A DNA stretch of 64,000 bases from Microcoleus sp. (GCA_052279835.1 CP181291.1:3744001-3808000), one strand, 5' to 3'. Counted from the first letter of the stretch, positions 20,245 to 30,570 are shown. Translations and numbers: made by a program. The notes: generated by a model not told the origin, from the letters alone.

Positions 20245-21264
20245 ATGACAGTTTCTACAACTCTTAAAACAGCGACTTCCCCGTTTTTGCCACCCACTGA
20301 CTCCAGAGCTAGAGTCAGTGAATTTATGAAGACCATACAAGATGAAATTTGTCAAGGTCTAGAACAACTCGACGGCAGCGGCAAATTTAAACAAGATGCT
20401 TGGGAGCGTTCCGAAGGTGGCGGTGGACGTTCTCGTGTCATGCGCGAAGGCGATGTGTTTGAACAAGGCGGAGTAAATTTTTCCCAAGTTTGGGGCGAAA
20501 GTTTGCCTGCTTTGATTTTGGCCAAGCACCCAGAGGCGGCAGGTCACGATTTCTATGCCACGGGTACTTCGATCGTGCTGCACCCCCGTAATCCCTATTT
20601 GCCTACGGTTCACCTAAATTATCGCTATTTTGAGGCGGGCCCGATTTGGTGGTTTGGCGGTGGTATCGATTTGACTCCTTATTACCCGTTTGCTGAGGAT
20701 GCTACTCATTTTCACAACACTCTGAAAGCCGCTTGTGACAAACACCATCCCGCCTATTATCCGGCATTTAAGCTCTGGTGTGATGAATATTTCTATCTCC
20801 CCCACCGCCAAGAAACTCGCGGTGTCGGTGGCATCTTTTTTGACTACCAAAATGGTAAAGGCCCCCTTTACCGCGACCAGAATGTCAAAGGGAAGGCCGC
20901 TGCGTATAGCAACGAAATCGGCAAGCCGGACGATCGCAGTTGGGAGTCGGTGTTTGCGTTTGTGCAAGAATGTGGTAACGCATTTTTACCGGCTTATGTG
21001 CCAATTATTGAAAAACGTCGATCGACAGAATACGGCGAACGGGAGCGCAATTTCCAGCTATACCGTCGCGGTCGCTATGTCGAATTTAACTTAGTGTACG
21101 ATCGCGGTACGACCTTTGGTTTGCAGACAAATGGACGCACTGAATCGATTCTGATGTCCCTACCGCCTTTGGTACGCTGGGAATACTGTTTTGAGCCAGA
21201 ACCCAACTCTCCAGAAGCCGAACTGTACTCCAAATTCTTAAAACCACAAGATTGGGCAAATTAG
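20245..21264 (+). CDS. hemF: Oxygen-dependent coproporphyrinogen III oxidase
   Basis: [38 protein letters not shown]. Confidence 0.97.
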   Translation: MTVSTTLKTATSPFLPPTDSRARVSEFMKTIQDEICQGLEQLDGSGKFKQDAWERSEGGGGRSRVMREGDVFEQGGVNFSQVWGESLPALILAKHPEAAGHDFYATGTSIVLHPRNPYLPTVHLNYRYFEAGPIWWFGGGIDLTPYYPFAEDATHFHNTLKAACDKHHPAYYPAFKLWCDEYFYLPHRQETRGVGGIFFDYQNGKGPLYRDQNVKGKAAAYSNEIGKPDDRSWESVFAFVQECGNAFLPAYVPIIEKRRSTEYGERERNFQLYRRGRYVEFNLVYDRGTTFGLQTNGRTESILMSLPPLVRWEYCFEPEPNSPEAELYSKFLKPQDWAN

Positions 21265-21330
21265 ATGCCTCTGTAGTTACCGACCTGAGTTAAACTACTG
21301 GGAAAGTAACCACCGCGATAGATAATAATT

Positions 21331-21708
21331 TTGAGGGAAGGGTCAGTGATTCATATTGATCAAAAAACCCACACGCTTCAAGACGGTACAACAGTTATCG
21401 TCTTAGCACCGACAGGACGGCTGGACATCACAACAGCTTGGCAATTCCGCCTCAAGTTGCAAGAGTGTATTTCCAAACTCAGCCGCCATGTTGTAGTGAA
21501 TCTTGGTCAGGTTAACTTTATTGATAGTTCTGGCCTGACCTCACTTGTAGCTGGTATGAGGGATGCGGATAAAGTCAAGGGGAGTTTTCGGATTTGCAAT
21601 GTTCATCCAGAAGCCAAACTGGTGTTTGAAGTCACCATGATGGATTCTGTGTTTGAAATTTTTGAGACTGAAGAAGATGCTTTGGAGGGGGTGCCTCGCG
21701 CTAGTTGA
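21331..21708 (+). CDS. STAS-domain anti-sigma factor antagonist
   Basis: GRLD, VNFIDSSGL phosphoacceptor motif. Confidence 0.9.
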   Translation: MREGSVIHIDQKTHTLQDGTTVIVLAPTGRLDITTAWQFRLKLQECISKLSRHVVVNLGQVNFIDSSGLTSLVAGMRDADKVKGSFRICNVHPEAKLVFEVTMMDSVFEIFETEEDALEGVPRAS

Positions 21709-21923
21709 GGACATATTGCATCGGTTGCGATGTAAGCAAATCTGAAGATTGAGAGTCCCATACTCCCAGGAACACAGCAAGGGAAGAACAGGCTGAAGGT
21801 AAATTTTTGCCTTCTGTCCTAGATAACTAAATCTTTCTTCCTTGTTCTTGAATTTCCACCCATCCCCCCACCCCCCTCCCCCCTTGGGTGGGGCACTAGG
21901 GGGGTGGGGGGTGACTTCTTCCT

Positions 21924-22544
21924 TCAGACCAATATCTCAGAAGCGAAATCCTGACGCTTGACAAATCTAAAAGGGCCCATTAGAGCTCCCCAAATAGCCT
22001 TGCCTGTTTTGGGGTCTATTCCCTTGTCATAGCTGAGAAATTCTGTGGCGGCGGCTTCAAATCCCAAGTCTACTTGGTAATTTTGCCCTCCGTAGGCAAA
22101 GCAGCATGGAGTACCCACGGGCAAAGATGCCCGAAACCGATAACGGTTGGGGCCTAAATTTTGCACCGCAACTGAAAGGGTACAGCCTGGAAGGAGTTGG
22201 ATTTCCTCCCGATTTACTTTTCCTAGTAAGTCTGGGTTGCGACCAGCTCCTTTGATGGCTTCAATATCCTTGAACATATAATACTGAGCTTCTAGCAGTC
22301 CTGGCGCTGTCTGTGATTGCCTCAGTTGCACGATGCGGGGACGGTATGGTTTGTCTAATTCCAGAATGTTGGCTTGTTCTGCAAACAGGGCAATGCTGGG
22401 TTCGGAAAATAGAGCAACGGGTACTGGTCTTTGCCAAAAACGAAGATGCACGTACCATACCGGCTCGGCAAGTGCTTGTTCCCGATTGTCAAAATCGCCA
22501 GCCATGTATGTGGCTAAAGCGATTAATTCTGGAGAGAGTGTCAT
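21924..22544 (-). CDS. CpcT/CpeT-family phycobiliprotein lyase
   Basis: GDFDNREQA, EQA...PYRPR, SYDKGIDPKTGKAIWG. Confidence 0.88.
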   Translation of the reverse strand: MTLSPELIALATYMAGDFDNREQALAEPVWYVHLRFWQRPVPVALFSEPSIALFAEQANILELDKPYRPRIVQLRQSQTAPGLLEAQYYMFKDIEAIKGAGRNPDLLGKVNREEIQLLPGCTLSVAVQNLGPNRYRFRASLPVGTPCCFAYGGQNYQVDLGFEAAATEFLSYDKGIDPKTGKAIWGALMGPFRFVKRQDFASEILV

Positions 22545-22907
22545 AGGATTCTAGATTGGAGATTGAGGATTGAGGATTTGGTCGCGCAGGTGAATCTAGC
22601 GGCTGGGGATCAAATTCCTTGATGGCGATCGCCATCGTACATATTAGACCTTTTCGCTTGACATTAAGACTTGATTGTGCAATCCCAAAGCAAATTTGAA
22701 GTAATCAGAATATTAAGTTTGTTAACGATTCCAGCTAAGATATAATTGTACAAAAGCCCCTAAGAAAATTAGGAAAATATGTAAGTCAGCGCCTGTAGTT
22801 GATTTATCCGGTCAGGTTTTGGCTTCGGTACTGGCGATACCGATGTTAAAAAAAATGGCACTTTTTGTCAGCCCGATCGCACGCAGTTCCAATTCCCGAC
22901 TTTACTC

Positions 22908-23678
22908 ATGCCGCTGAGCACGCTGGCTACGGCAAAATTATTAGATATTAAGACTCAGGTGAACAAGAACCGTACTGTTTCAGATACTAAGCGAAGTTTC
23001 TATACGATTCACACTCGGCCGATCAATTCTATTTACCGTCGAGTGGTGGAAGAGTTGATGGTAGAAATGCACTTGCTTTCGGCAAATGCCGATTTTCACT
23101 ACGACTCAATCTATGCTTTGGGTGTGGTGACAGCATTTAATCGATTCATGTTGGGATACGTCCCAGAACAAGACAAGGATTCAATTTTTAACGGTTTGTG
23201 CAAAGCTGTAGAGGATGACCCCGATCGCTATAAGCAGGATGCTGACAGACTCGAAAGCTTGGCCCAAAGACTTTCGGGTAGTGAGTTGCTTTCATGGTTC
23301 GCTCGCTCAACCAGTTTTGAGGATACAGGAGATTTGCAAGGGTGTTTAGAGGCGATCGCCAATAACCCTCAATTTAAGTACAGTCGCTTATTCGCGATCG
23401 GCTTATTCTCCATGTTAGAAAAAGCTGACCCCAACTTGGTCAAAGACCAAGCAACCCTCAACGATACACTCAAAAAAGTCTGTGGGGGGTTGCATTTACC
23501 CGAAGACAAAGTTAGCAAAGATTTGGACTTGTACCGCAGCAACTTGGAAAAAATGGCTCAAGCACGAATCGTGCTCGAAGATGTAATCCAAGCAGAACGG
23601 AAAAAACGGGAAAAACGCGATCTAGCCAATCAAACCAGTCCTAACCCATCCCTAGACTCAACTGAAAGCACAAATTAA
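22908..23678 (+). CDS. thf1: Thylakoid formation protein Thf1/Psb29
   Basis: RTVSDTKRSFY, YRRVVEELMVEMHLL, YSRLFAIGL, KDLDLYRSNLEKM. Real start probably GTG near 22959. Confidence 0.93.
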   Translation: MPLSTLATAKLLDIKTQVNKNRTVSDTKRSFYTIHTRPINSIYRRVVEELMVEMHLLSANADFHYDSIYALGVVTAFNRFMLGYVPEQDKDSIFNGLCKAVEDDPDRYKQDADRLESLAQRLSGSELLSWFARSTSFEDTGDLQGCLEAIANNPQFKYSRLFAIGLFSMLEKADPNLVKDQATLNDTLKKVCGGLHLPEDKVSKDLDLYRSNLEKMAQARIVLEDVIQAERKKREKRDLANQTSPNPSLDSTESTN

Positions 23679-23729
23679 CGATTTTTGCAATAGAAATAGC
23701 CTTTTTGAGACAGACAGGCTAGAATTTAG

Positions 23730-23758
23730 ATATCCGACTTTTTCAAGAGGTCGGATAT
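23730..23758. terminator. Hairpin between convergent genes (possible bidirectional terminator; also a dispersed repeat)
   Basis: ATATCCGAC...GTCGGATAT stem; similar hairpins near 7449 and 44620. Confidence 0.5.
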
Positions 23759-23780
23759 TTTGATATTAGAACTAATTTAG

Positions 23781-24320
23781 CTAAGGTTGTTGCTCAAAAT
23801 TAGTAGCATTCGCCTGCAACAAATTGCTTAAGCTGGAGATAACTTCATTTCCAGAAGACTGCTTAGCCAAAGCTGTCGGGTTGACAGGTTCTGGTCTGTC
23901 CAAGTTACGGGCGATCGCTGCATTGACTTCTTTAGAAATCAATTCATGAAGTTGCTCTTTAGCCCTAGCCCTTTGAAAGTGAGCTCCTTCTTCAGTCGTA
24001 GCGTAAAGAGGCGGCAATCTATTTAAAGCATAAGCCGCAATATCTCCCACATCAAGAGTCTGGTCGCTAGTGGCCTCAATTTCAGCAACCCTGGCGATCG
24101 CATCACTAAGCACCAACTCTTCCATCACATTGATGAACTGTTTGCGAGGAAGAACCACAACCTCCCCAGTCAATAAAGCTCCCATCAAACGATCGAGAGC
24201 CATATACTCTTCGATCGACAATTCGGAAGCCGTATTGCAAATTCGTCCTACTTCAGCTTCCATAGACGGCGTTAAATAGCCATCCTGCAAAGCTTGTTCA
24301 ACAATTTTTTCAATACTCAT
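23781..24320 (-). CDS. ComFB-family domain protein
   Basis: INVMEELV, DIAAYALNRLPPLYAT. Confidence 0.85.
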   Translation of the reverse strand: MSIEKIVEQALQDGYLTPSMEAEVGRICNTASELSIEEYMALDRLMGALLTGEVVVLPRKQFINVMEELVLSDAIARVAEIEATSDQTLDVGDIAAYALNRLPPLYATTEEGAHFQRARAKEQLHELISKEVNAAIARNLDRPEPVNPTALAKQSSGNEVISSLSNLLQANATNFEQQP

Positions 24321-24531
24321 ATATGCTTCCCGCTCAACGGCATCATCAATAAAGTTTTGTGAAGACGCAATTACTGGCGTCTGGAGATTGGAATTTGGAG
24401 CCGGTCGTTGAGAATTTTTGTAAAAATTCTAACTTAACACTTATAACTTAACTTACAAGTGCGATCGGCACGCCCCAGCCACAAACTTACCCCATAATGA
24501 CTGGTAAATTCATCAAAGTCTGGAAAAATTA

Positions 24532-25437
24532 TTACTCAATTCCCTGAAGTCGCCAAGGTACCGGATCGATCGACTGCCCGTTTACATACAGTCCCCAGTG
24601 CAGGTGAGGACCTGTGGAAGCCCCCGTGGAACCCAAAGCGCCAATTACTTGACCAGGCTTCACGAAATCGCCTTCCTGGACATCAATGCGGCTCAGGTGC
24701 ATCAAAATACTGGCCAACCCTTGACCGTGGTCAATACCAACTACATTGCCATGGATTTTGAACCCTTGAGATTCGCGTCCCACCAGAGAAACCCGACCAG
24801 CAGCCGGTGCGATGACAGGAGAACCATAAGCACCTGCATAATCAACCCCTCGATGGTAGTAGTCTTCGGCAAACACCCCATTATAGTATCGGCGCACCCC
24901 GTAAACAGTAGTAATTTCGCCAGAATTAGGTCGCAACAGGGGGCCATTCCAAAACTTTTGGGGTGTCACCAGTGCTTTAAACGCATCTACGCGATCGAAT
25001 TCGGCATCAGTACCTTCACTGTCTTTCCCTGGTGGTAGCGTGATAGATTGAGTCGGAAAATTGCGATCGCGCACTTGTACGCTCAAGTTTTGCACCTTTC
25101 CGTCACCAGTGACTTTGATTTGGCGAGCACCGGCTTTCTCCAGGGGTGTAGTAGGTAGCAGAGCCCGAAAGCGGTTGTTACCCATCGGAAAAGCTGGGTA
25201 ATTTTTCTGTTGTAGAGAAACCGTTGGAGTTTCCCCAGGGCTACCATCTACCTGAATCATTACTGACAGGGTATCTCCCAGTTGGGGATTTTGTGGAGTG
25301 ACAACTACCTGCAAAGCTTGTACCGGCGATCCCAAACTGAGAATGCTAGCAACAATTGGGCCACTCAAACTCGCTCTTTTCATACTTGTTCTCAACATAT
25401 AGTAATCCCAAATCCTTTGTGAATTTCTTACTCCCAC
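24532..25437 (-). CDS. M23 family metallopeptidase
   Basis: HRGVD, GNVVGIDHG, STGPHLHW; signal-peptide-like N-terminus. Start uncertain. Confidence 0.9.
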   Translation of the reverse strand: MGVRNSQRIWDYYMLRTSMKRASLSGPIVASILSLGSPVQALQVVVTPQNPQLGDTLSVMIQVDGSPGETPTVSLQQKNYPAFPMGNNRFRALLPTTPLEKAGARQIKVTGDGKVQNLSVQVRDRNFPTQSITLPPGKDSEGTDAEFDRVDAFKALVTPQKFWNGPLLRPNSGEITTVYGVRRYYNGVFAEDYYHRGVDYAGAYGSPVIAPAAGRVSLVGRESQGFKIHGNVVGIDHGQGLASILMHLSRIDVQEGDFVKPGQVIGALGSTGASTGPHLHWGLYVNGQSIDPVPWRLQGIE

Positions 25438-25543
25438 ACATTAATAAAGTCCCGGTTGGGGTGGGGTAAAAAAATTTACTACTAATTAAAAATACAAAAT
25501 AATTTGGCAAAATAGACAAAATCACCAAACATTCCCCAAACCC

Positions 25544-26336
25544 ATGAATCATAACTCTGACAGCAACTCCCCGTTAGACGATTTCATGAAATCCCTGGGC
25601 CTTGACACCCATCAACCAAACAACATCGAACATTCTCACAACAACTTACACGACAGCAGCCAACTCCACAACCTCAACCACCCAGTAACATCAGACATCA
25701 TCCACAACGATTGGGCTGACAATTTGCACAATTTCAACCAGCAACATCACCAAAGCGACTGGACTCACAGCCACGACATTCACCACACAGATAATCCTTG
25801 GCAAAATCCCGAAACCGGATTCCCAACCGGAATATCAGCAACCGCCAGCGATTGGACAGATAATTCCCAAAATTTCCACCAACAACATCACCAAAGTGAC
25901 TGGACTCACAGCCACGACATTCACCACCAAAATACTCACGAACACCATGCCGAAACCGGATTTACAACATCCACAAATCATCACGACAACCACACAAATG
26001 TAGCGCCCCACATCGTCAATTCCTCCTATTCTAATTCAGGAGACGGCCCATTCATTCACATAGACCGCAGCGGCGACGTGCACCTACACAAACTCGACGG
26101 AACCACACAAATAGTAGGGTCACGTACACGGGCGAGATTTCTACAACTCAGCCAGCGAACATATCGGATATCTCAGTAAAAACGGACACATTTGTCGGTG
26201 GGCTGATGACACTTCCGTAGGACGAGTAGAATCAGGACACATTTATCGAGAAAATGGCAAAGAAGTCGGTAGAGCCGATACCGATTTAGAAGGTGCAGCC
26301 CATATGTTATTTGCCGTTCGCGGCGGCACTTACTAA
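25544..26336 (+). CDS. His-rich low-complexity protein with C-terminal beta-hairpin repeats; +1 frameshift at 26117-26119
   Basis: Removing one G extends the ORF through GHVHGRDFYNSASEHIGYL...GHIYRENGKEVGRA...GGTY* (TAA 26334-26336). Confidence 0.6.
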
Positions 26337-26452
26337 TCTTTGTATTCAAGTAGTTTGCGGTAGTTACAAAATATTTCAACAATTGGAATCGGAACAATAT
26401 CTTTTGTAGTAAGGACTTAAGTCCTTTCTAACTGGCTAACTGGTAACTGGTT

Positions 26453-26963
26453 AACTGGTTCCCAGGCTCTGCCTGGGAATCCATATCTAGAGGCTCTGCC
26501 TCCCGAATCTCCAGAAACCTGGTTTTTCGCAAAATCTATGTATCAAACCCCAAATCTCAAAAAAACCCGGTTTCTAAACCCCCGCAAATAACCCCCAATT
26601 CACCTACCCAAAGGAACACAAAAATGACCAAAGCATTACCAGGCAAAAAAGGATGGCTAGCCCAAATTGGCGATTTCGCTAAAGCTGTATTCATGCCGAC
26701 AGTATACCAACTGGTTCCCAGGCTCTGTCTGGGAACCCATATCTAGAGGCTCTGCCTCCCAAATCTCCAGAAACCGGGTTTTTCGCAAAATCTACGACTC
26801 AAACCGTAAATCTCAAAAAAACCCGGTTTCTTTCACCCCGCAAATAACTCCCAATTCACCTACCCAAAGGAACAAACAAATGACAAAAGCACTACCAGGA
26901 AAAAAAGGATGGCTAGCCCAAATTGGCGATTTCGCTAAAGCTGTATTCATGCCCACAGTTTAT
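26453..26963 (+). repeat. Diverged tandem duplication (period about 256 bp) of the DGR target's upstream region and first 28 codons
   Basis: 26453-26706 versus 26709-26963; ATGs at 26624 and 26880 both begin MTKALPGKKGWLAQIGDFAKAVFMPTVY. Confidence 0.9.
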
Positions 26964-29825
26964 AACGCAGACCGCATTTCCGAAACCCAAGCCAGAAACA
27001 CAGACATAACAATTCAAACCAACAAAGAAATCGAAGCAAGCAGGCAAGAACTCCGCCAAAAAGAACTCGTACTACAAGAATTTCAAAGACAAGCCAACCT
27101 CACTTTTCAAGCCGAAGAAGGCAATCTCAACCGCTCCTTACAATCAGAACTAGCAAGACTCAACCGCGAATCCCAAACCCAAGAAGGAATGTTAAACCGT
27201 CAAATGCAAGAACAACTTGCAAAAATCAACCGCGAATTTCAAGCCAACGAAGGCAAACTCAATCGCGAACACCAAATCCAACTAGAAATATTTAGAGGCG
27301 AACTCCAAAAATGGTGCATCGAACAGCAAAAAGAACTGCAACTACACCTCAAAAACCTCGACGCTCAACTCGCCCGCGAACTCCGAATTTATGACCGACA
27401 AAGTAGCATCGAAGCTATTCAAGAACAGAAAAGACAAAACAACTCTCCCATCTGGTTAATTGCCCAAGATATTGTCAACTCCAATCCCGCTCAAAATCCC
27501 ATACCCCTGCGAGTTTTTCTCTCACCTCCCAGCCTGCAATTCGACCGTTCCGGCGATAGTAATGATAGCGCCAAAGGCTTTCCAGATATGGAAAAATTTC
27601 TGGGAATTTACCTGCAACAATTCTTTGAAAAATATTCCGCCCAAGGAAGACCAATCGAATTTTTATCTGGTGCTTGGACGAGCAAATTTTTTCACAGCCA
27701 AGCAGCCACAAAAACCATGTTTAACGGCTTAAAAACCGAGCCGACATTAATTTTAGAATCCGTTGCGGAAGGCGATATTTTCAACCTCAACTTTGGTTAT
27801 TGGGGTTTGAATTGGGCAACTTATCGTTACAAATCACCGATTCCCATGCTACCTTGGCGCGAGGTACTTTTTGACTTTGCTAAAGACAGGGCTTTGCAGT
27901 GGCAAGCTCAGCGACAAGCCTACATTGCTCAGGGTAATAGCGCTGAAAAATTTGATAAAGTTTTAGGTAATGAAGCTGTTAATAGTTTCTTGCACAACCT
28001 CGAAATTATTGACAATGAACGGATGTGCGAAGCAATGGGAATTGACCCCACCGACAGCCCGCGTCCCTACAGCATTCACAAAAAAGATTATGAAAGATTT
28101 CAGCAATTTATCGGTGTTTGTCACTGTTTAATTGCCGGATTGCTGGCGGATGAATACTTTTTTCTGCACGTCTCCTCAGAAGTGCGGCAGCGGCCTCTAT
28201 TGCCTCAATTACTACCTGATTTGCTGCGAGATATGCCCTCGGAGGAACAGGAACAATTAGTAGAAATAGCGATTAATTTCTACGAAATGTTGTATAATAT
28301 TATTGGCGAATCAGAATCGGCATGGATTCCTGAACTGAAGTTAGATTTAGCTGAAGGTTTGCTGGATTTGCCGGATAAGCGTTGGGCGGCGACACAAATT
28401 TTTGAGTCGGTGAAAGCTTGGCTGAAATTGCGCGGTTTGTCGGTACCGGAAGGAAACAAGGAAATTTTGGATGCCCTCGATGCGGCTTTGACAATTAATG
28501 ATTTGGAATATGCTGGAAAACTGAATAGCTGTTTGGTGATTGTGGGCAAAACTCGCCAATTTAGCGTCATTGAATCTTGTTACAACCGAGCGATTGGGCG
28601 CTGCAAACAGGAAAACTATGCAGCGGCAATTGTGGATTTCAATCAAGTGCTGCAACTGAATCCTAATTTTGCTAAGGCTAATTTCAATCGGGGATTAGCC
28701 TATGCTAAATTGGAGCAGTATCGGGCGGCGATTGAAGATTACACTCAATATTTGCGGCTGGACCCCAACAATGCTGATACTTGGAACAATCGAGGTAATG
28801 CTTATTACAAGTTGAGAGAATACGAGCAGGCAATTTCTGATTACAATCAAGCCTTAAATCTCAATCCAAATTTGTCGAGTGTAGCGCACAATCGCGATGT
28901 GGCTCAAGGTGTTTGGGATGAGAAAAAATGGTTGCGGCAACAAGAAGAAGAGAAACAGCAGCTTCAGGCTGAACAAGAACGTCAGCGGAAATTAGCAGCA
29001 GAACAAAAACGTCGGGCTGAAAAGGAATCTAAGGGGAAAGAATTTCAGTTCGAGATTGTTACTGTTAACAATCGAGGACAAGAAGTTAGCTATAAATCGG
29101 GGAAATCTTATCAGAAAGTTGCAGATTTGGGCAACGGGGTAAATTTGGAAATGGTTTATATCCCTGGTGGTAGCTTCCAGATGGGTTCATCTGAAAATAG
29201 TTCGGAACAACCAGTGCATCAAGTGACTGTACAACCTTTTTATCTAGGCAAATATCCGATTACTCAAGCACAGTGGGAAGCGGTGATGGGAAATAACCCA
29301 TCTAATTTCAAAGGTGCGAAACGTCCTGTGGAACAGGTAAGTTGGGATGAGGCTGTGGAATTCTGCCGCAAACTTTCTGAAAAAACAGGCAAGACTTATC
29401 GCTTACCATCGGAAGCGGAATGGGAATATGCTTGTCGCGCCGGAACTACAACACCTTTCTATTTTGGTGACACAATTACGCCAGATTTAGTTAATTATGA
29501 TGGCAATAATCCCTACGGTGCTGCGCCGAAGGGACTTTACCGTCAACAAACAACGGATGTGGGGAGTTTTCCGCCGAATTCCTTTGGTTTATACGATATG
29601 CACGGCAATGTTTGGGAATGGTGCAGCGATAAATATCATGGTAATTATAGTGGCGCACCGACTGACGGAAGTTCTTGGGAAACTGGAACGGATAATAACC
29701 GAGTGCTGCGTGGCGGCTCCTGGAGCAGCATTGCGGTCTATTGCCGTAGTGCCAATCGTGTCAGGATTTCGGCGGGCAATCGTAGCTCGAACTTCGGTTT
29801 TCGCGTAGCTCTGGTTTCCGCGTAG
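26880..29825 (+). CDS. DGR target protein: coiled-coil, unknown central domain, 3 TPRs and C-terminal FGE-sulfatase (CLec-fold) domain
   Basis: LEMVYIPGGSFQMGS, YRLPSEAEWEYACRAG, NSFGLYDMHGNVWEW, RVLRGGSW...GFRV. Start placed at ATG 26880 after AAGGA. Confidence 0.9.
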   Translation: MTKALPGKKGWLAQIGDFAKAVFMPTVYNADRISETQARNTDITIQTNKEIEASRQELRQKELVLQEFQRQANLTFQAEEGNLNRSLQSELARLNRESQTQEGMLNRQMQEQLAKINREFQANEGKLNREHQIQLEIFRGELQKWCIEQQKELQLHLKNLDAQLARELRIYDRQSSIEAIQEQKRQNNSPIWLIAQDIVNSNPAQNPIPLRVFLSPPSLQFDRSGDSNDSAKGFPDMEKFLGIYLQQFFEKYSAQGRPIEFLSGAWTSKFFHSQAATKTMFNGLKTEPTLILESVAEGDIFNLNFGYWGLNWATYRYKSPIPMLPWREVLFDFAKDRALQWQAQRQAYIAQGNSAEKFDKVLGNEAVNSFLHNLEIIDNERMCEAMGIDPTDSPRPYSIHKKDYERFQQFIGVCHCLIAGLLADEYFFLHVSSEVRQRPLLPQLLPDLLRDMPSEEQEQLVEIAINFYEMLYNIIGESESAWIPELKLDLAEGLLDLPDKRWAATQIFESVKAWLKLRGLSVPEGNKEILDALDAALTINDLEYAGKLNSCLVIVGKTRQFSVIESCYNRAIGRCKQENYAAAIVDFNQVLQLNPNFAKANFNRGLAYAKLEQYRAAIEDYTQYLRLDPNNADTWNNRGNAYYKLREYEQAISDYNQALNLNPNLSSVAHNRDVAQGVWDEKKWLRQQEEEKQQLQAEQERQRKLAAEQKRRAEKESKGKEFQFEIVTVNNRGQEVSYKSGKSYQKVADLGNGVNLEMVYIPGGSFQMGSSENSSEQPVHQVTVQPFYLGKYPITQAQWEAVMGNNPSNFKGAKRPVEQVSWDEAVEFCRKLSEKTGKTYRLPSEAEWEYACRAGTTTPFYFGDTITPDLVNYDGNNPYGAAPKGLYRQQTTDVGSFPPNSFGLYDMHGNVWEWCSDKYHGNYSGAPTDGSSWETGTDNNRVLRGGSWSSIAVYCRSANRVRISAGNRSSNFGFRVALVSA

Positions 29826-29871
29826 TCTCCGGTTTTTGGTTCTGTGCTGTAGTCTCCCGCGAGGACTCTTC
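29699..29871 (+). repeat. DGR variable repeat (VR) with IMH
   Basis: 173-bp ungapped match to 30244-30416; 10 mismatches opposite TR adenines plus one G/C difference at 29864. Confidence 0.95.
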
Positions 29872-29921
29872 TCTGCTCTTTTGCCCTTTTGCTCTTTTCC
29901 CTCTTTCCTCTTTACCCTTTT

Positions 29922-29937
29922 GCGCGCGTCAGCGCGC
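29922..29937 (+). other. GC hairpin downstream of VR (candidate target-recognition hairpin)
   Basis: GCGCGC-GTCA-GCGCGC following a pyrimidine-rich tract; absent after TR. Confidence 0.7.
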
Positions 29938-30243
29938 TTGAAAAATTTTTTTTGGGAAAATGAGTTACGCATAGGGACTAAAGAAACCGGGTTTTTCCAC
30001 AAAATTTAAGGTTTGAACCAAATATTTGGGCAAAAACCCGGTTTCTGATTCTCGCACGAGGATGAAAGAAACCGGGTTTTTCGGGAGATTGAGGGTTGGA
30101 ATTGAATATTGTGGAAAAAACCGGGTTTCTGAGCCTTGCGTAAACTTTTTTTACGTTTGAGTTAAGTAGCGATTTTTTTGAGATTATTAATTAGTATCCA
30201 TTTTTCTCGTGTAAGCGAGAGGGTGGAGAAGGGACAGGCACTT

Positions 30244-30416
30244 CCGAGTGCAGCGTGGCGGCTCCTGGAACAACAATGCGGTCAATTGCCGTAGTGCCAA
30301 TCGTAACAGGAATTCGGCGGGCAATCGTAACTCGAACATCGGTTTTCGCGTAGCTCTGGTTTCCGCGTAGTCTCCGGTTTTTGGTTCTGTGCTGTAGTCT
30401 CCCGCGAGCACTCTTC
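30244..30416 (+). ncRNA. DGR template repeat (TR) with IMH*
   Basis: Non-coding copy of VR with 10 AAC/AAT codons in the VR frame (RVQRGGSWNNNAVNCRSANRNRNSAGNRNSNIGFRV). Confidence 0.95.
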
Positions 30417-30553
30417 GCTATCAGAACTAGCAGATGGGAATTTGTTAGGCGTGTAAGAAGAGTCCAGACCTGTTCCCGTGATGAAAGCAATTTTATCCGA
30501 ATATAAAACCGAATCGGGGAGCTTGGTAGGAATTCCGAACAGTTTCCCGATTT
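30417..30553 (+). ncRNA. Putative structured DGR spacer RNA 3' of TR
   Basis: CCTGTTCC (30469-30476) can pair with GGGACAGG (30231-30238); AATCGGGGAGCT...AGTTTCCCGATT hairpin. Confidence 0.55.
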
Positions 30554-30570
30554 ACAAGTTTTTTGATTTA

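Noticed and set aside
26667..26879. N-terminal extension of the target (ORF-track start 26667)
   Set aside because: It translates repeat elements of the duplicated upstream region; ATG 26880 has an RBS-like sequence.
29589..30490. Minus-strand ORFs sharing RGRLQHRTKNRRLRGNQSYAKT
   Set aside because: Antisense translations of VR and TR.
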